From Heteronotia binoei (lineage: Eukaryota): a stretch of DNA of 64,000 nucleotides. The notes beneath the pieces are model-generated. The model made no database searches. It was not told where the DNA came from and saw only the letters and a program-made list of their open reading frames with translations. The stretch spans positions 78,058,001 through 78,122,000 of the forward strand of contig NC_083243.1 of assembly GCF_032191835.1 (NCBI RefSeq), read 5' to 3'. Shown in pieces: positions 26,550-39,294 of the stretch (the first letter of the stretch is position 1; every line of letters begins with the position of its first letter). A program made the position numbers and the translations under genes.

Positions 26550-27377
26550 CAGGGCTGTGTAGTGATTCTGGTGCCCTGGGCAAAAGTCTAGGATGGGCTC
26601 TCCAAATCACTGCTGTTACCCCACCATCACCGGCCCGATGGTGCATGGCACCCTAGGCAGACTGGTGGTCTGCCGCCCCCCTCCATAGTGCCCCCGTGCC
26701 TCCCCCCTGCAGCAACACCCCCCATGCCTCCTCCACCCGTGGCAGCGCCCCCTTCCAGTGGCATGGCACCACCCTGCAGCTTCTCCTCCCCCCTTCCCCA
26801 CCCCAGGTCTATTTTCATGCCAGGAAGGGCGATTGAGCGCCACCCCCAGGCTGTCTAAAGGCCGCCCCCCTCCGTGGATCAGCTGATTGCCGGGTAAAAC
26901 CATGCTGCGTCCTCACTCAACGCCCAGGCAGGCCAGCAGCCACACTAATGAACCACATCCTGAAAGGGCACCACTGCTGCTCCCTCCTCCTCACTTTTTT
27001 CCCATCCAAGGAAGTGGGTGACCCTCCTACCCCCCCTGAGGCCAAGTAGGATGCAGTCCTCAACCTTTGTGAGATGAGGGGAAGCCATCACTTGAAGCCA
27101 TCTGCATGAGGAGCCTTGGATGCAGCAGGCACAAGTGGCTGCCACTGAACCAGCTGCCTGAATCCCAGACAGGGAAGTGGGCAGCCCCAGCCCTGGATGG
27201 AACAGGTGAGTGGGCAGCCCAAGCCCTGGATGGAACAGGTATGAGTGGCAGCAGTGGGAGCCTGCTCTATTTCTCCCCCCTCTCCATTGGGGGTCAGGGT
27301 GTGGATAGTCAGTCCTTCCCCACAGCATGGGGGCCCAGACCATTGCCTCTGTTGCCCGTTGACTAAAATATCTACTG
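26550..27377. mobile_element. GC-rich non-autonomous hAT-like element with decayed TIRs
   Basis: Starts cagggctg; 8-bp TSD gcaccttc / gcatcttc (7/8); internal short direct repeat gtgggcagccc.agccctggatggaacagg x2. Confidence 0.65.
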
Positions 27378-28100
27378 GCATCTTCATATATTTATCTCTT
27401 TCATTTGCATACCAAGTCTTATACACACTCCCAGGTATCTCAAAGGAGCTCAGATAACAAATGTTGAGACAGACCTTACACTACCTGAGACCTGCAGAGT
27501 CACACCAAGCCACAATAGTCAATTCTAGATGAACCAGTAGTCTGATGGGACATGAGGCAGCTGCATGTGACTACTACTTTGCCTGAATTTTGCCATATAA
27601 AACCAACATTTTAAAGAGTTCCAATTCACCGCTAACTTGAATCTGGATCACACATTTCTTGCTTCTGTTTCTGCTGCAGAGCTCATATGACACTAATTTC
27701 CCAAAACTTTTCATGAATTTCTGGCTACAATTTGGACAAGGCCTAAAGAAAAATATGAAAACATAACATACAACTTCCATCGGCCTGTATGCTGGAAGCC
27801 TCAAGTATTGCTGCTAAGTACGTTCACCAGATACATTGCTGATTTGCTTTGCCTTTTAATCTTGTTGATATAGTTCTTCCTCTTCTTCTGACTTGATACA
27901 GTTACAGCTTCCCAAGGAATGTCAAATGCTCATGACATACTGATGAAGGACTCCAAGGTACCTTGTGCAATGAATCATCCTCTTCAGAACAGATGGAAGG
28001 GAGGGGGGTGCCACGAGACTCTGTGTTACCTCCCATGTTGTTTAATATCTATGTAAGGCCCTTTAATGAGATTGTCTGCAATTTTGGAATAGGTTTTAAT

Positions 28101-28789
28101 CAGGGCTGGCCTGCCCACTAGGCAAACTAGGCATTTGCCTAGGGTGCTGGCAGGGCAGGCGTGCTGAATTTGGCCTTCCCCACATCCCGCCTCCTAGGAA
28201 AACCCCTATTTGCCTCCTCCCCCTCCTTCATCAAAATTTTAATGTCCAGGAACGGGTGGTGAAACTCCATGCTCCTAGGCTCTTTAAAGACTGACCCCCC
28301 CCCCACGATCAGCTGATCAGCAAGTAAAACTGCGTTGGGGGCTCCTGTGCAGCCCCTCCAGCATGCTTATGATCAATGCCGGGGCAACAGCGGCAGGCAA
28401 GCTGTTGAAAGAGTGGCTGCACTGCTGCCTCCTCCCCACTTCCTCCCCATGCAATCCAGGAAGGAAGTGGGGAGAACAAAGTGACACAGCTGCTCTTTCA
28501 GCAGCTTGCTTGCTGCTGCTGTCCTGGCGCTGATCGTGAGCACGCCGGAGGGGCTGCATAAGAGCCACCAACCCCTGGTGCGGTTTTACTGCCAATCAGC
28601 TGATTGGCAGGGGGCAGCCTTTAAAGAGCCCAGGAGCAGGTGCTTCAGCACCCGTTCCCAGGCATTAAAGTTGTGACGAAAGGACAAGGGAGGGAGGAGG
28701 TGCTGCAGGGGGGGGGACAGTGGGGTGCGGCATAGCAGAGAGTGGCGGTGGGGCTGCCTCGGATGCTATGTTCCCTAGGGCCAGCTTTG
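28101..28789. mobile_element. hAT non-autonomous element inserted in the L2 fragment
   Basis: Ends cagggctggcc / gggccagctttg; 8-bp TSD gttttaat / gttgtaat (7/8); L2 coding sequence resumes after it. Confidence 0.82.
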
Positions 28790-29086
28790 GTTGTAATCAC
28801 TATGCTGATGACACCCAGCTGTACTAGGTATAAACCAGAGGTGGATTATTTCTGTACTGACCCAGTATCTGAATGCAGTGGTCAAGATAAGGCAGAATTG
28901 ATGGTCTTTGGAAGGGCCACTGCTTTAGATGGAATTGATAGTGTGCAGCTTTCACTAAAAGACTTTTGTCAAGAGCTTGATTCTTGCTGAGCCCTGGCCT
29001 CCTACTGGAGAAAATAAAAAGTGCTGTTTTGCAGGCGGCTGATCTGGTCCTACTGACCCATGTTTCTGTCACGGGAGTGCCCTACA

Positions 29087-29352
29087 AGAGCACAGTTTGG
29101 TGTAGTAGCTAAGTGCACAGACTCTTATCTGAGAGAAGTGGGTTTGATTCCTCACTCCTCCACGTGCACCTACTAGAATGACCTTGGGTCAGTCATAACT
29201 CTATCAGAGCTGTTCTCTCAAGATCAGTTTCTGTCAGCTCTCTCTGTTCCACCAACCTCATCTCACAGGGTGTCTGATGTGGGGAGGGGAAAGGAAAGGA
29301 GACTGTAAGCTGCTCTGAAACTTCAAGTGAAGGTAGGGTATAAATCCTCTTC
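29087..29352 (+). mobile_element. Squam3-like SINE
   Basis: Full head-core-tail arrangement as at 12877 and 62219. Confidence 0.88.
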
Positions 29353-29520
29353 AACAATCCACAAACTGCAACTGGTGCAAAAATTAGGCAGCCAGTTTGT
29401 TATTGAGGGACTACTGGATGGGGACCCTGTAATCTACTCTAATGTTCCTCTATTGGCTGCTGGGTCCAACTCAAGGTGCTGCTACTCACCTCTAAAGGCC
29501 TTCATGACTTGTGGCCCATG

Positions 29521-31189
29521 AACAAAGGATCTAAAAACTAATAAGTCACCAGGCCTGGATGGCACATATCCAAGAGTTCTGAAAGAACTCAAGGTGAAAC
29601 TGTGGAACTCCTGACAATATGTAATCTTTCATTGAAATCTGCCTCCATTCCGGAGGACTGGAAGGTAGCAAATGTCACCCCCATCTTTAAAAAGGGTTCC
29701 AGAGGAGATCTGGAAAATTACAGGCTAGTCAGTCTGACTTCAATACCGGGAAAGTTAGTGGAAACCATTATCAAAGAGAGAATGAGTAGGCACATTGATG
29801 AACACAAGTTATTGAGAAAGCATGGGTTCTGTAAGAGAAGATCTTGTCTCACTAACCTGTTAGAGTTCTTTGAGGGGGTGAACAAACATGTGGACAAAGG
29901 GGACCCAATAGATGTTGTTTACCTTGACTTCCAGAAAGCTTTTGATAAAGTTCCTCATCAAAGGCTCCTTAGTAAGCTTGAGAATCATGGAGTAAAAGGA
30001 CAAGTCCTCTTGTGGATCAAAAACTGGCGAATTAATAGGAAGCAGAGAGTGAGTATAAATGGGCAGTCTTCGCAGTGGAGGACGGTAAGCAGTGGGGTGC
30101 CGCAGGCCTAAGTACTGGGTCCCATGCTTTTTAAATTGTTCATTAATGATTTCGAGTTGGGAGTGAGCAATGAATTGGCCAAGTTTGCAGACGACACTAA
30201 ATTGTTCAGGGTGGTGAGAACCAGAGAGGATTGTGAGGAACTCCAAAGGGATCTGTTGAGGCTGGTGCGCAGATGAGGTTCAATGTGGCCAAATGCAAAG
30301 TAATGCATATTGGGGCCAAAAATCCTAGCTATAAATACAAGTTGATGGGGTGTGAACTGGCAGAGACTGACTAAGAGAGAGATCTTGGGGTCGTGGCAGA
30401 CAACTCACTGAAAATGTCAAGACAGTGTGTGATTGCAATAAAAAAGGCCAACACTATGTTGGGAATTATTAGGAAGGGAATTGAAATCACCCAGTATCAT
30501 AATGCCCCTGAATAAATGAATGATGCGGCCTCATTTGGAGTACTGTGTACAATTCTGGTCACTGCACCTCAAAAAATATATTATAGCATTGGAAAAAGTG
30601 CCAAAAAGGGCAACTAGAATGATTAAAGGATTTGAACACTTTTCCCTATAAAGAAAGGTTAAAACACTTGGGGCTCTTTAGCTTGGAGAAATGTCGACTG
30701 TGGGGTGACATGATAGAGGTTTACAAGATTATGCATGGGATAGAGAAGGTAGAGAAAGAACTACTTTCCTCCCTTTCTCACAATACAAGAACTCGTGGAC
30801 ACTCAATGAAATTCCTGAGCAGTTGGGTTAGAACTGATAAAAGGAAGTACTTCTTCACCCAAAGGGTGATTAACACATGGAATTCACTGCCATAGGTGGT
30901 GGCGGCAGCTACAAGCATAGTCAGCTTCAAGAGGGGATTGGATAAATATATGGAGTAGAGGTCCATCAGTGGCTACTAGCCACAGCCTATTGTTGGAACT
31001 CTCAGTCTGGGACAGTGATGCTCTGTATTCTTGGAGTTTTTTTGGGGGGGGCACAGTGGGAGGGCTTCTAGCCCCACTGGTGGACCTCCTGATGGTACTT
31101 GGGGTTTTTTTTTTGCCACGTGTGACACAGGGTGTGGAACTGGATGGGCCATTGGCCTGATCCAACATGGCTTCTCTTATGTTCTTATG
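29521..31189 (+). mobile_element. 5'-truncated CR1 LINE (RT and 3' end)
   Basis: [52 protein letters not shown]; 3' end tccaacatggcttctcttatgttcttatg. Confidence 0.95.
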
Positions 31190-31695
31190 ATCACATCTGC
31201 TTACATGTTCTCATGCAGCAGCTTCATTCTTCCTAGCAAAGTGCCACTCTTGTGGTATGTTTGGCAAAAATTGGGCCTTGAGCTTTTTCAGGGGCTGCCC
31301 ATACCTCTGAAGCAGTCTTCCAGAAGAGGTCAGGGGGCTACTTGCCTCCCAGTACTCCAGTAGTAAGGCAGCCAGGGTTATTATGGAAAGCTTTGGGGGC
31401 AGCCCAATCCTGGGCAAAGGGGGAGTACTCTGCTAGCAAGATTGGTTTTTAAAAGTTTTTATACCTACCTGTTGTTAGTCGCCTTGGGATCTGAGATGCT
31501 CTGGGAGACAAGCCATAAACATGTAGACTGTAGCAGTTACAGTGAAAGCCAGTGGATTGTTTATTTATTTATGCTTGGCTCTTTTCTCCATAGGGGACCC
31601 CAAGTGGCTTACATTAATTTCCCCTCCCCTTTGCTATGTGAGATAGGTGAGTCTGAGGACCTGGTTCTTGGTGACTATAAGGATAAATAGTTTAC

Positions 31696-31871
31696 CATTT
31701 GCTCTATGAAGTCCTTTAACTTTTGTAAATTGTTTACACACTTCCGTGCTAGTATGACAAAAACTGCCCCACTCCAATAAATCTGTTGTGTTAACACCAG
31801 TTGTGGTGTGGCAGCAAATGTGACATCCTGTTCCTTCTGAGCAGGGGAAGGGTTAAGCACTAATGTATCCC
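31696..31871 (-). other. Candidate 176-nt exon (GDTLVLNPSPAQKEQDVTFAATPQLVLTQQIYWSGAVFVILARKCVNNLQKLKDFIEQM)
   Basis: tttgcAG acceptor, ATG|GTAAAC donor, open frame inside ORF 31675-32103. Confidence 0.3.
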
Positions 31872-32724
31872 CTGCAAACCACTTTCCATGGAGAAAATGT
31901 TGTTGGGAAAACATGACCCTTGACTGCCATGTGACTTGTCCTTGGCCCTGAGCAGGAATTTGAGTCCAGGTTTCATTTTCTAACCCAAACCAGGACTTTA
32001 GTAATTGCACTACACAGTTCACATTTAATAGAACTACCGTTATATGTACCTCAGTTAACCAAAATCTCCTTGCTATCCAAAATTCCTGAAGCGTCTGATG
32101 CAAAGTTTAATTTTACCTGGGTAGTTGGGAATGCCAACCCTGGACCCCTTTGACTCCAAGGTATTGTACTGGATGACATTTTATTTCTGTAATGCACAAG
32201 TTGTGTACTTTACATTTTACACAGCATGAGATACCACAAATGGCTTCTAATAATTAGCTATTATAAAAGCCACACAAGCAGAACTGTGAAAAGACATAAC
32301 TTGGCATAGCTTCAGTTTATTCACCATAAACTTGTTCTTGGCTGATTCGATGTATAGGGTTATAGCCAGTTATAACCACATTGTTTTATGGTTTGTACAC
32401 ACAGGAAGAGGTTTTTGACTACATTTTTTCTTCTTCTGGAGAAGAATGTTTAGGTTTATGAATCTTATACTGCTAGTGGCAATGGAGTGCTTCTTTTTAT
32501 TCATAATGTTACATACCACTTGTATGGGATGAATTACATGTAGTACAGACTGTTCCAATCAATGTATACATAATTTATGTGAATTGGGTTTCTTAAATTA
32601 TCCCCACAAGTGTTGGATTAATAAACGAGAGGTCTGCCCTCCATTGTATTCTAGTATTCCTTGTATATTTGACTCAAAAAAGCCATGCCTCATAATGGTT
32701 CTGTAGGTGTGGTGTGGCGACAGC

Positions 32725-32950
32725 CACAGTGATGTAGTGATTAGAATGTCAGACTATGAGTTAGAAGATCTAGGTTCAAATTCTCCCTCATTCATGATGT
32801 TCACTGGGTGACTCTGGACCAGTCTCTCTCTCTCTCCCCACCCCCCCGACACACACACACCCCATAACCCATCTCACAGGGTTGCTGGGAAAATTAAATG
32901 GAGAAGGGAAGTACTGACCCCTGAGCTTCTTTGAGAAGACAGAATAAAAA
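32725..32950 (+). mobile_element. Old CORE-type SINE (similar remnants at 34250-34370 and 55988-56110)
   Basis: tgtagtgattagaatgtcagact..ggttcaaattc head and catctcacagggttgctg core. Confidence 0.65.
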
Positions 32951-33160
32951 TTTGACAGATAATTTCATGACAGTGTTGGGGTGCTCTTCTTTCTGCTTCT
33001 CCATCCCCTGGCACAAGTTGAAACCTGGTTTGTGTCCTGCATGGCCCCAATTCAAATCACCACTCTGTGGCACCACTGGCCTTTAACAGAACAATTTTCA
33101 TCATTTCTGTCTGGCCCTGATGTAGCAAACTTGTGTCTGTGTTGTGCCACTTGTGTCAGA

Positions 33161-33446
33161 GGGCGTTTTCGCACTCACCTTCAGCCGGCGCGACCCCCCT
33201 CTTCACCGCGCAGGATCTGCGCGGATTTCGCACTAAAAGCCGCGGAGCAGCCTTTTGCGCCGGAAACTCCCGGCGCAAAAGCCACTCAAACGGAAACCGC
33301 CAAAAAGCAGTTTCTGTTTGAGCGGCTTTTGCGCCGGGAGTTTCCGGCGCAAAAGGCTGCTCCGCGGCTTTTAGTGCGAAATCCGCGCAGATCCTGCGCG
33401 GTGAAGAGGGGGGTCGCGCCGGCTGAAGGTGAGTGCGAAAACGCCC
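33161..33446. mobile_element. 286-bp fold-back MITE (PIF/Harbinger-like)
   Basis: TIR gggcgttttcgcact; almost the whole element is an inverted repeat around a ~12-nt loop; related copy with TAA TSD at 56931-57216. Confidence 0.9.
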
Positions 33447-33654
33447 AGTGTGTGCCAACATACAGAAGTTTCCAAATTACCCTTCTCTCTGAAGGGTGGT
33501 TTTCTATGGACAGATATCTGCTTTTATGGAAGAGCCCCTCACCTCTAGTCTGAAATGGTACAGCCCAGACACAGAAGACAACTAGGCCACAGGAAGAACC
33601 AGGACATATATCCTTTAGTAATAAAACCCACGTCATGGTGGCAAAATAGAACCC

Positions 33655-33760
33655 AGGTTTTTGTTTTTAGCAGGAACATACAGAAACATAGTTCTGGCTA
33701 GCTTGGTGTCAGGGGCCTAATATGAATTCCTGCTGGGCTTTTTCTACAAAAAAAAGCCCT
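33655..33760. mobile_element. hAT MITE end fragment (...gggctttttctacaaaaaaaagccctg)
   Basis: Shares terminal sequence with 44411 (cagggcttttt) and 50325-50483. Confidence 0.6.
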
Positions 33761-33989
33761 GGAGCAACCTGATACATTGGGACTGGGTGGGCCTGTGGGG
33801 CATCAAGTATTGGCTCATCACACGTCCGTCATCCCCTTTGGCCTTGCATTGGCTGACTCTGCTCTCCCCCATCCACTGCAGGTCCAGGAAGGTTGAGCCA
33901 AGCGCCAAAAGCAGTCTTACCTTAGAGACAGCCACATCTCCAACTCTTCTCTGTGTCCTCTCTATCAACCAGCCTCAGAAAGGGTTGCA

Positions 33990-34700
33990 GAGTTACTGCA
34001 GCCTCACAAAAGGCCTCCTAGCACATGCCTCAGGTGAATGGAATGTCACCCTCCAAAGCAGTTATTTTCTCCAGGATGTGGAGAGAGATCTGTTGTCTGA
34101 AGTTCAGTTGTGATCCCAGGAGCTCTTCAGGTTCCAACTGGGGGTTGGCTAACCTATGCCTGGCTGCTTGCTACTGTTCAGCAGCAGCCCCCCATTACAG
34201 CCAGTATGGCATAGGGGTTAGGGCTTCAGAGTGGGGTTTGCTAGATCCAGGTTCTTGCTGTGGAAGCTGATGGGGTGATTTTGGACCAGTCACAGACTTC
34301 TAGCCTAACCTACCAAACAGGGTTGTTGTGCAGATCAAAGGAGGGAGAGGAGAATGATGTAAGCTGCATTGTTTTTCCCCACCCGTGGAAAAAGACTGCT
34401 TTTCCTAAGTAGAAACTGGGGCAGGGGGGAAGAGGCAATGGAAAGCTGAAGTCAGGGGGTCAGATAAAGGGAAAGAGAAAGGGTTGCTAACTCCAGGTTA
34501 GGAAATTCCTGGAGATTTAGGGGGTGGGGCGTGGTGAGAGTGGAGTTTGAGGAGGGGTGAGGCCTCAGATAGGTACAATGCCATTTCTTCCTGTGGAACC
34601 AACTTTTGCCCATCTCCAGGTGAGGGCTGGAGATCACTCAAAATTACAACTGCTCTCCAGATGACAAAGATCAGCTCCCCTTGGGATGGGGGGGGGGGGG
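33990..34700. mobile_element. Two remnants of a TAGGGTTGCCA-type hAT MITE (33990-34156 and 34481-34700)
   Basis: gggttgctaac terminus at 34481 and ggggttggctaaccta at ~34141; both share ttacaactg..ctccag..acaaagatc / cctggagaaaat..ctgctttggagggtg. Confidence 0.6.
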
Positions 34701-35072
34701 ATGAATGCCTTCACTTTGGTGGGTGGGAAAGCAGCAAGGGTGGGGGGCATTCACCCAGAGCCTCTTTCTAGAGCCCGTTGTATTTTTCTTCACAATGGGC
34801 CTTATAACTAGTGAGTATATAAAGAAGGAATGCATGAAGCCAGGAAGCAAAAACCTTGTATTAAAATGCAAACGTGTCTGTTACCCAAGTGGCCTATATA
34901 CCCTGACAATCAGAGCATTCCCACTTTAACATGCATGTGCCCACAGAAATTAAAAGTAGCATAGGTGAAAGCAGGGTGGAAGAGCACAGAGAGATCTGCA
35001 GAGATCTAGGGCCAATGCAGAGTCACACACATTCCCCCTTATTTGTGTTTTCATCCATGGTTTGATGCCAAT

Positions 35073-38000
35073 TCATAGAATCATAGAGTTGGAAGGGATC
35101 TCCAGGGTTATCTAGTCCAACCCCCTGCACAATGCAGGAAACTCACAAATACCTCCCCCTAAATTCACAGGATCTTCATTGCTGTCAGATGGCCATCTAG
35201 ACTCTGTTTAAAAACCTCCAAGGAAGGAGAGCCCACCATCTCCTGAGGAAGCCTGTTCCACTAAGGAACCACTCTAACGTTCAGGAAGTTCTTCCTAATG
35301 TTGAGTTGGAAACTCTTTTGATTTAATTTCAACCCACTGGTTTTTGTCCTACCTTCTGGGGCCACAGAAAACAATTCCACACCACCCTCTATATGTCAGC
35401 CCTTCAAGTACTTGAAGATGGTGATCATATCACCTCTCAGCCACCAGGCTAAACATACCTAGCTCCTTCAACCTTTCTTCAGAGGACTTGGTCTCCAGAT
35501 CCCTCACCATCTTTGTCGCCCTCCTCTGGACCTGTTCCAGCTTGTCTATATCCTTCTTAAAATGTGATGCCTAGAACTAAACACAATACTCCAGGTGAGT
35601 TCTTACCAGAGTAGCATAAAGCAATACCATCACTTTGCATGATCTGTACACTATACTTCTGTTGATACAGCCCAAAATTGCATTTGCCTTTTTAGCCACC
35701 ACATCATACTGCCACTAAGACCCCTAGATCTTTTTCGCACATACTACTGCTAAGACAAGTCTCCTCTATTCTATAACCATGAATTGAATGTTCCCTACCT
35801 AAATGCAGAACTTTACATTTATCCCTTTTAAAATTCATTTTATTGGTTTTAGCCCAGTTTTCCAGCCTGTCAAGGTCACCCTGTATCCTGTTTCTGTCTT
35901 CTTCTGTATTTGCAACCCATCTGCAAATTTAATAAGCATTCCCTCTATTCCTTCATCCAAATCATTTATAAAGATGTTGAACAAAACAGGACTCAGGACA
36001 GATCCTTGAGACACTCCACTTGTCACTCCTCTCCAAGAGGATGAGGAACCATTCACAAGCACTCTTTGGGTGCGATTTATCAACCAGTTACAGATCCACC
36101 TAACGTTAACAGGATCCAAACCACATTTTACCAACTTGTCAACAAGGATAGTATGTGGAACCTTATCAAAAGCCTTACTGAAATCAAGATAAACGATTTC
36201 TATAGCATTCCCCTGATCAAGGTAGTCACTTTCTCAAAAAAAGAGATCAGATTAGTCTGACATGACTTGTTCTTGAGAAACCCATGCTGGCTCTTAGTAA
36301 TCACAGCCATCCTTTCTAAATGTTCCAGGACTGACTGTTTGACGATTTGTTCTAAAACTTTTCCAGGGATAGAAGTCAAGTTGATGGGTTGGTAGTTACC
36401 TGGATTGTCTTTTCCCCCCTTCATGAAGATGAGGACAACATTTGCCCACCTCCAATCTTCTGGCACCTCTCCTTTTCTCCAAGAATTCTCAAAAATAATA
36501 GCCAAAGACTCAGAAATTCCATCCTCAAGCTCTTTTAGAACTCTTGGATGCAGTTCATCTGGCCCTGAGGACTTCGTTTCATTTAAAGAAACTAGGTATT
36601 TATGTACAACCCCTATGGTGATCCTAGGTTGGAACTTCATACCCTCATTATCTGTTCTGTTTTTGCCATATTGAGCACTGTTTCCCTCAGAAGAGAAGAC
36701 TGAGGAAAGTAGGAATTGAGCAGTTCTGCCCTCTCTTCATTACCTGTTACAATTTCACTTTCCTGCCTTGCAATGGGCCTACCATATCCTTGCTCTTTTT
36801 CTTACCCTGAACATAAGAAAAGAACCCTTTTTTGTTGTTTTTAGCATCTTTGGTCAGCCTAAGCTCATATACTGAGCTTTAGCTTTCCTACCTTTTTCTC
36901 TACAAGCACTGGTGATTTTGTTTATATTCATCCTTGGTTATAAGGCCCTCCTTCCAATTCCTAAAGGAGTCTTTTTTATTTCTCAAAACTTTAGAGAAGC
37001 TGTTGGCTTCTTCCATTTCTTCTTTTCATAGGGATCGTCTGTGATTGCGCTTTCAGTATTTCGCTTTTAAGAAACTCCCTCCCCTTTTGAGCCCCCTTCT
37101 TCCTAAGTATTTCTGACCATGGGATTTTACCCAGCATAGTTTTAAGTTTGTCAAAGTTTGCCTTTCTGAAGTCCAACCTATAAGTCTGGCTATGTATAGC
37201 TTTTCCCTTCCCTAAGACTAAATTCCAAAATCACAAGGTCACTACTGCCCAGGGTGCCCACTATTTCTACTTCTTCATTCAATTCTTCCTTGTTGGTTAG
37301 AATCAAATCCAAGATAGCAGATCCCCTTGTTTCCTTCTTCTCTTCCTGGAAAAGGAAGTTGTCAGCAAGACAAGTCAGGAATCTATTTGACCTTTCATTT
37401 TTAGCAGAGTTGGACTTCCAACAAATGTCCAGGTAATTGAAATCTCCCATGATCACCGTGTCCCTTCTCTTGGAGAACTTTACAATCTGTTGTAGGAGTA
37501 TCTCATCCAAGTCCTCTGCCTGGCTTGGTGGTCTATAGCAGACCCCCACCATAATATCACTGTTGTGTCTTACTCCTTTTATTTTTACCCAGAGACTCTC
37601 AACTGAGCTGCCATGCTCGGATTCACATATTTCCTCACAAGTATATACCTCCTTCACATATACTGCTATGCCTCTGCCCTTTCTCATTTGTCTGTACCTT
37701 TTAAATAAGATGTATCCCTGAATCCTAATATTTCAGTTATGAGTGTCATCCCACCAAGTTTCAGTAAGGCCTATTATGTCACAGTCTCCTTCCTGTATTA
37801 GGACTTCTAGTTCCTTCTGTTTGTTTCCCATACTCTGCATTAGTGTAGAGACATCAGAATCCACGTTTTATGCATCCTGAGGGCATAGTTTCCATAAATA
37901 CTTGCAAGTTAACATTACCTAGTGTATGCGCCACTCTCTGCAAATCTTTAGTGTTCTTGTCCCCCGTTTCTGACATTATACAAGGCTTTGAATTACTGTC

Positions 38001-39060
38001 TCACTCCCCCATACAATTTAGTTTAAAGCCCTCCTTATTAGGTTAGCAAGGCTGTTACCAAACACCCTTTTCCCTACCATTGTAAGGTGCAAACCATCTC
38101 CTGACAGAAGACCACCATCTTGAAAGCATAAGCCATGGTCCATAAATCCAAATCTTTCCTGATGACACCATCAACGTAGCCAGTTGTTCATTTGAAGTAT
38201 TCTTCTTTCTCGTCCTTAGCCACGACCTTCAACAGGAAGCACTGACGAGAACACAACCTGTGCGCCCAACTCCTTCACCTTCTGACCCAGAGCCACATAG
38301 TCTTTTCTAATATGTTCAGGGCTATGACAGGCAGTATCATTCATTCCCATGTGGATCAGCAAGAAAAGATAATAATCTGTGGGCTTGATAAATCTTCCAA
38401 TCTTTTCTGTCACATCCTGGATGCATGCACCTGGCAGACAGCAGACCTCTCGGGATGACAAGTCCACTCGGCACACTTTGAGGAAGGAGTCTCAAATTAC
38501 CACCACCTTCCTTTTCCTATATTGGGGAGCAGAAGCTCCAGGCTTCTTATCCACAGGATCCTGAGAAACTTTCTTCAAGCTTCGCGAAGGCTGGGGAAGT
38601 AGCCCTTGTTCCAATAGTTCAGAATCAGTTACTGTGGGGAGATCCTGAAACCTACTGCTGAGCAGCAGAAGCTCAAAACATCTCCTGATTTTCTTGCTCC
38701 TTCAGGTTACATTTTTCCATGAACCTTCCTCCTGTGTTAGGTTCTCTTCCTATTGCTGAGATACCACTTCCTCTTCCTCCTCTTGTCCTTTCAAGAGCGC
38801 CTTATGGATTCTGTCAAAAAAATCCTCGCCTTCCTTTATACACTGCAGTGTGGACAATTGTGCCTGAAGTCCCTGTATCTTCTCCTCCAGCGAGGCTACT
38901 AACTTACACATACTGCAAGTGTAATTGCAGCTACTCTCAGGTAGAAATACAAACATCCCACAGTCTTTTCACGTCACTGCCTCAGCTCCCTCACCAGCCA
39001 TGCTGCTGCAATCCATTTCAAAATTCTCTTTATCTTGACTTCCTTGTAAATTCCACTACC
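35073..39060 (-). mobile_element. Near full-length CR1 LINE (ORF1 zinc-knuckle/coiled coil and SGNH esterase; ORF2 endonuclease and RT), disrupted
   Basis: Minus ORFs: CSMCKLVASLEEKIQGL (38750-38956), CCLPGA..HMGMND..VVFSSVLP (38216-38476), GVCYRPP..IMGDFNY (37190-37687), GPDELHP..NYQPINLTS (36200-36640), [14 protein letters not shown] (35835-36134); 8-nt tail repeat at 35073. Confidence 0.95.
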
Positions 39061-39070
39061 AACTGCCATT

Positions 39071-39294
39071 TAATTCCCCACTCCTCCCTTGCACCTGCTG
39101 GAATGGCCTTGGGTCAGCCATAGCTTTGGCAGAGGTTCTCCTTGAAAGGGCAGCTGCTGTAAGAGTCCTCTCAGCCCTACCTACCTCACAGGGTGTCTGT
39201 TGTGGGGGAGGAAGGTAAAGGAGATTGTGAGCCGTTTTGAGATTTGCGGTGGAGGGCGAGAAATAAATCCAATATCTTCTCCTCCTCCTCCTCT
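39071..39294 (+). mobile_element. 5'-truncated Squam3-like SINE
   Basis: Body and (CCT)n tail present; head missing. Confidence 0.85.

Larger units (their letters stand above)
28005..29520 (+). mobile_element. Old L2 RT fragment broken by later insertions
   Basis: GVP..SVL.PMLFNIYVRP (28005-28100), YADDTQLY resuming at ~28800, LQLVQ and ..KVLLLT.KA-like sequence at 29365-29510. Confidence 0.75.

Noticed and set aside
31696-31871. Resemblance of PQLVLTQQIYWS to the dynein heavy chain linker motif (PGQVVL..SQI.WT)
   Set aside because: Only a few residues match and no AAA1 motifs follow in neighbouring candidate exons; not supportable without a profile search.
33920-34140. Protein-like reading EPEELLGSQLNFRQQISLHILEKITALEGD with an AAG|GTAAGA donor
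   Set aside because: Most of it is a hAT MITE remnant, and the frame has stops.
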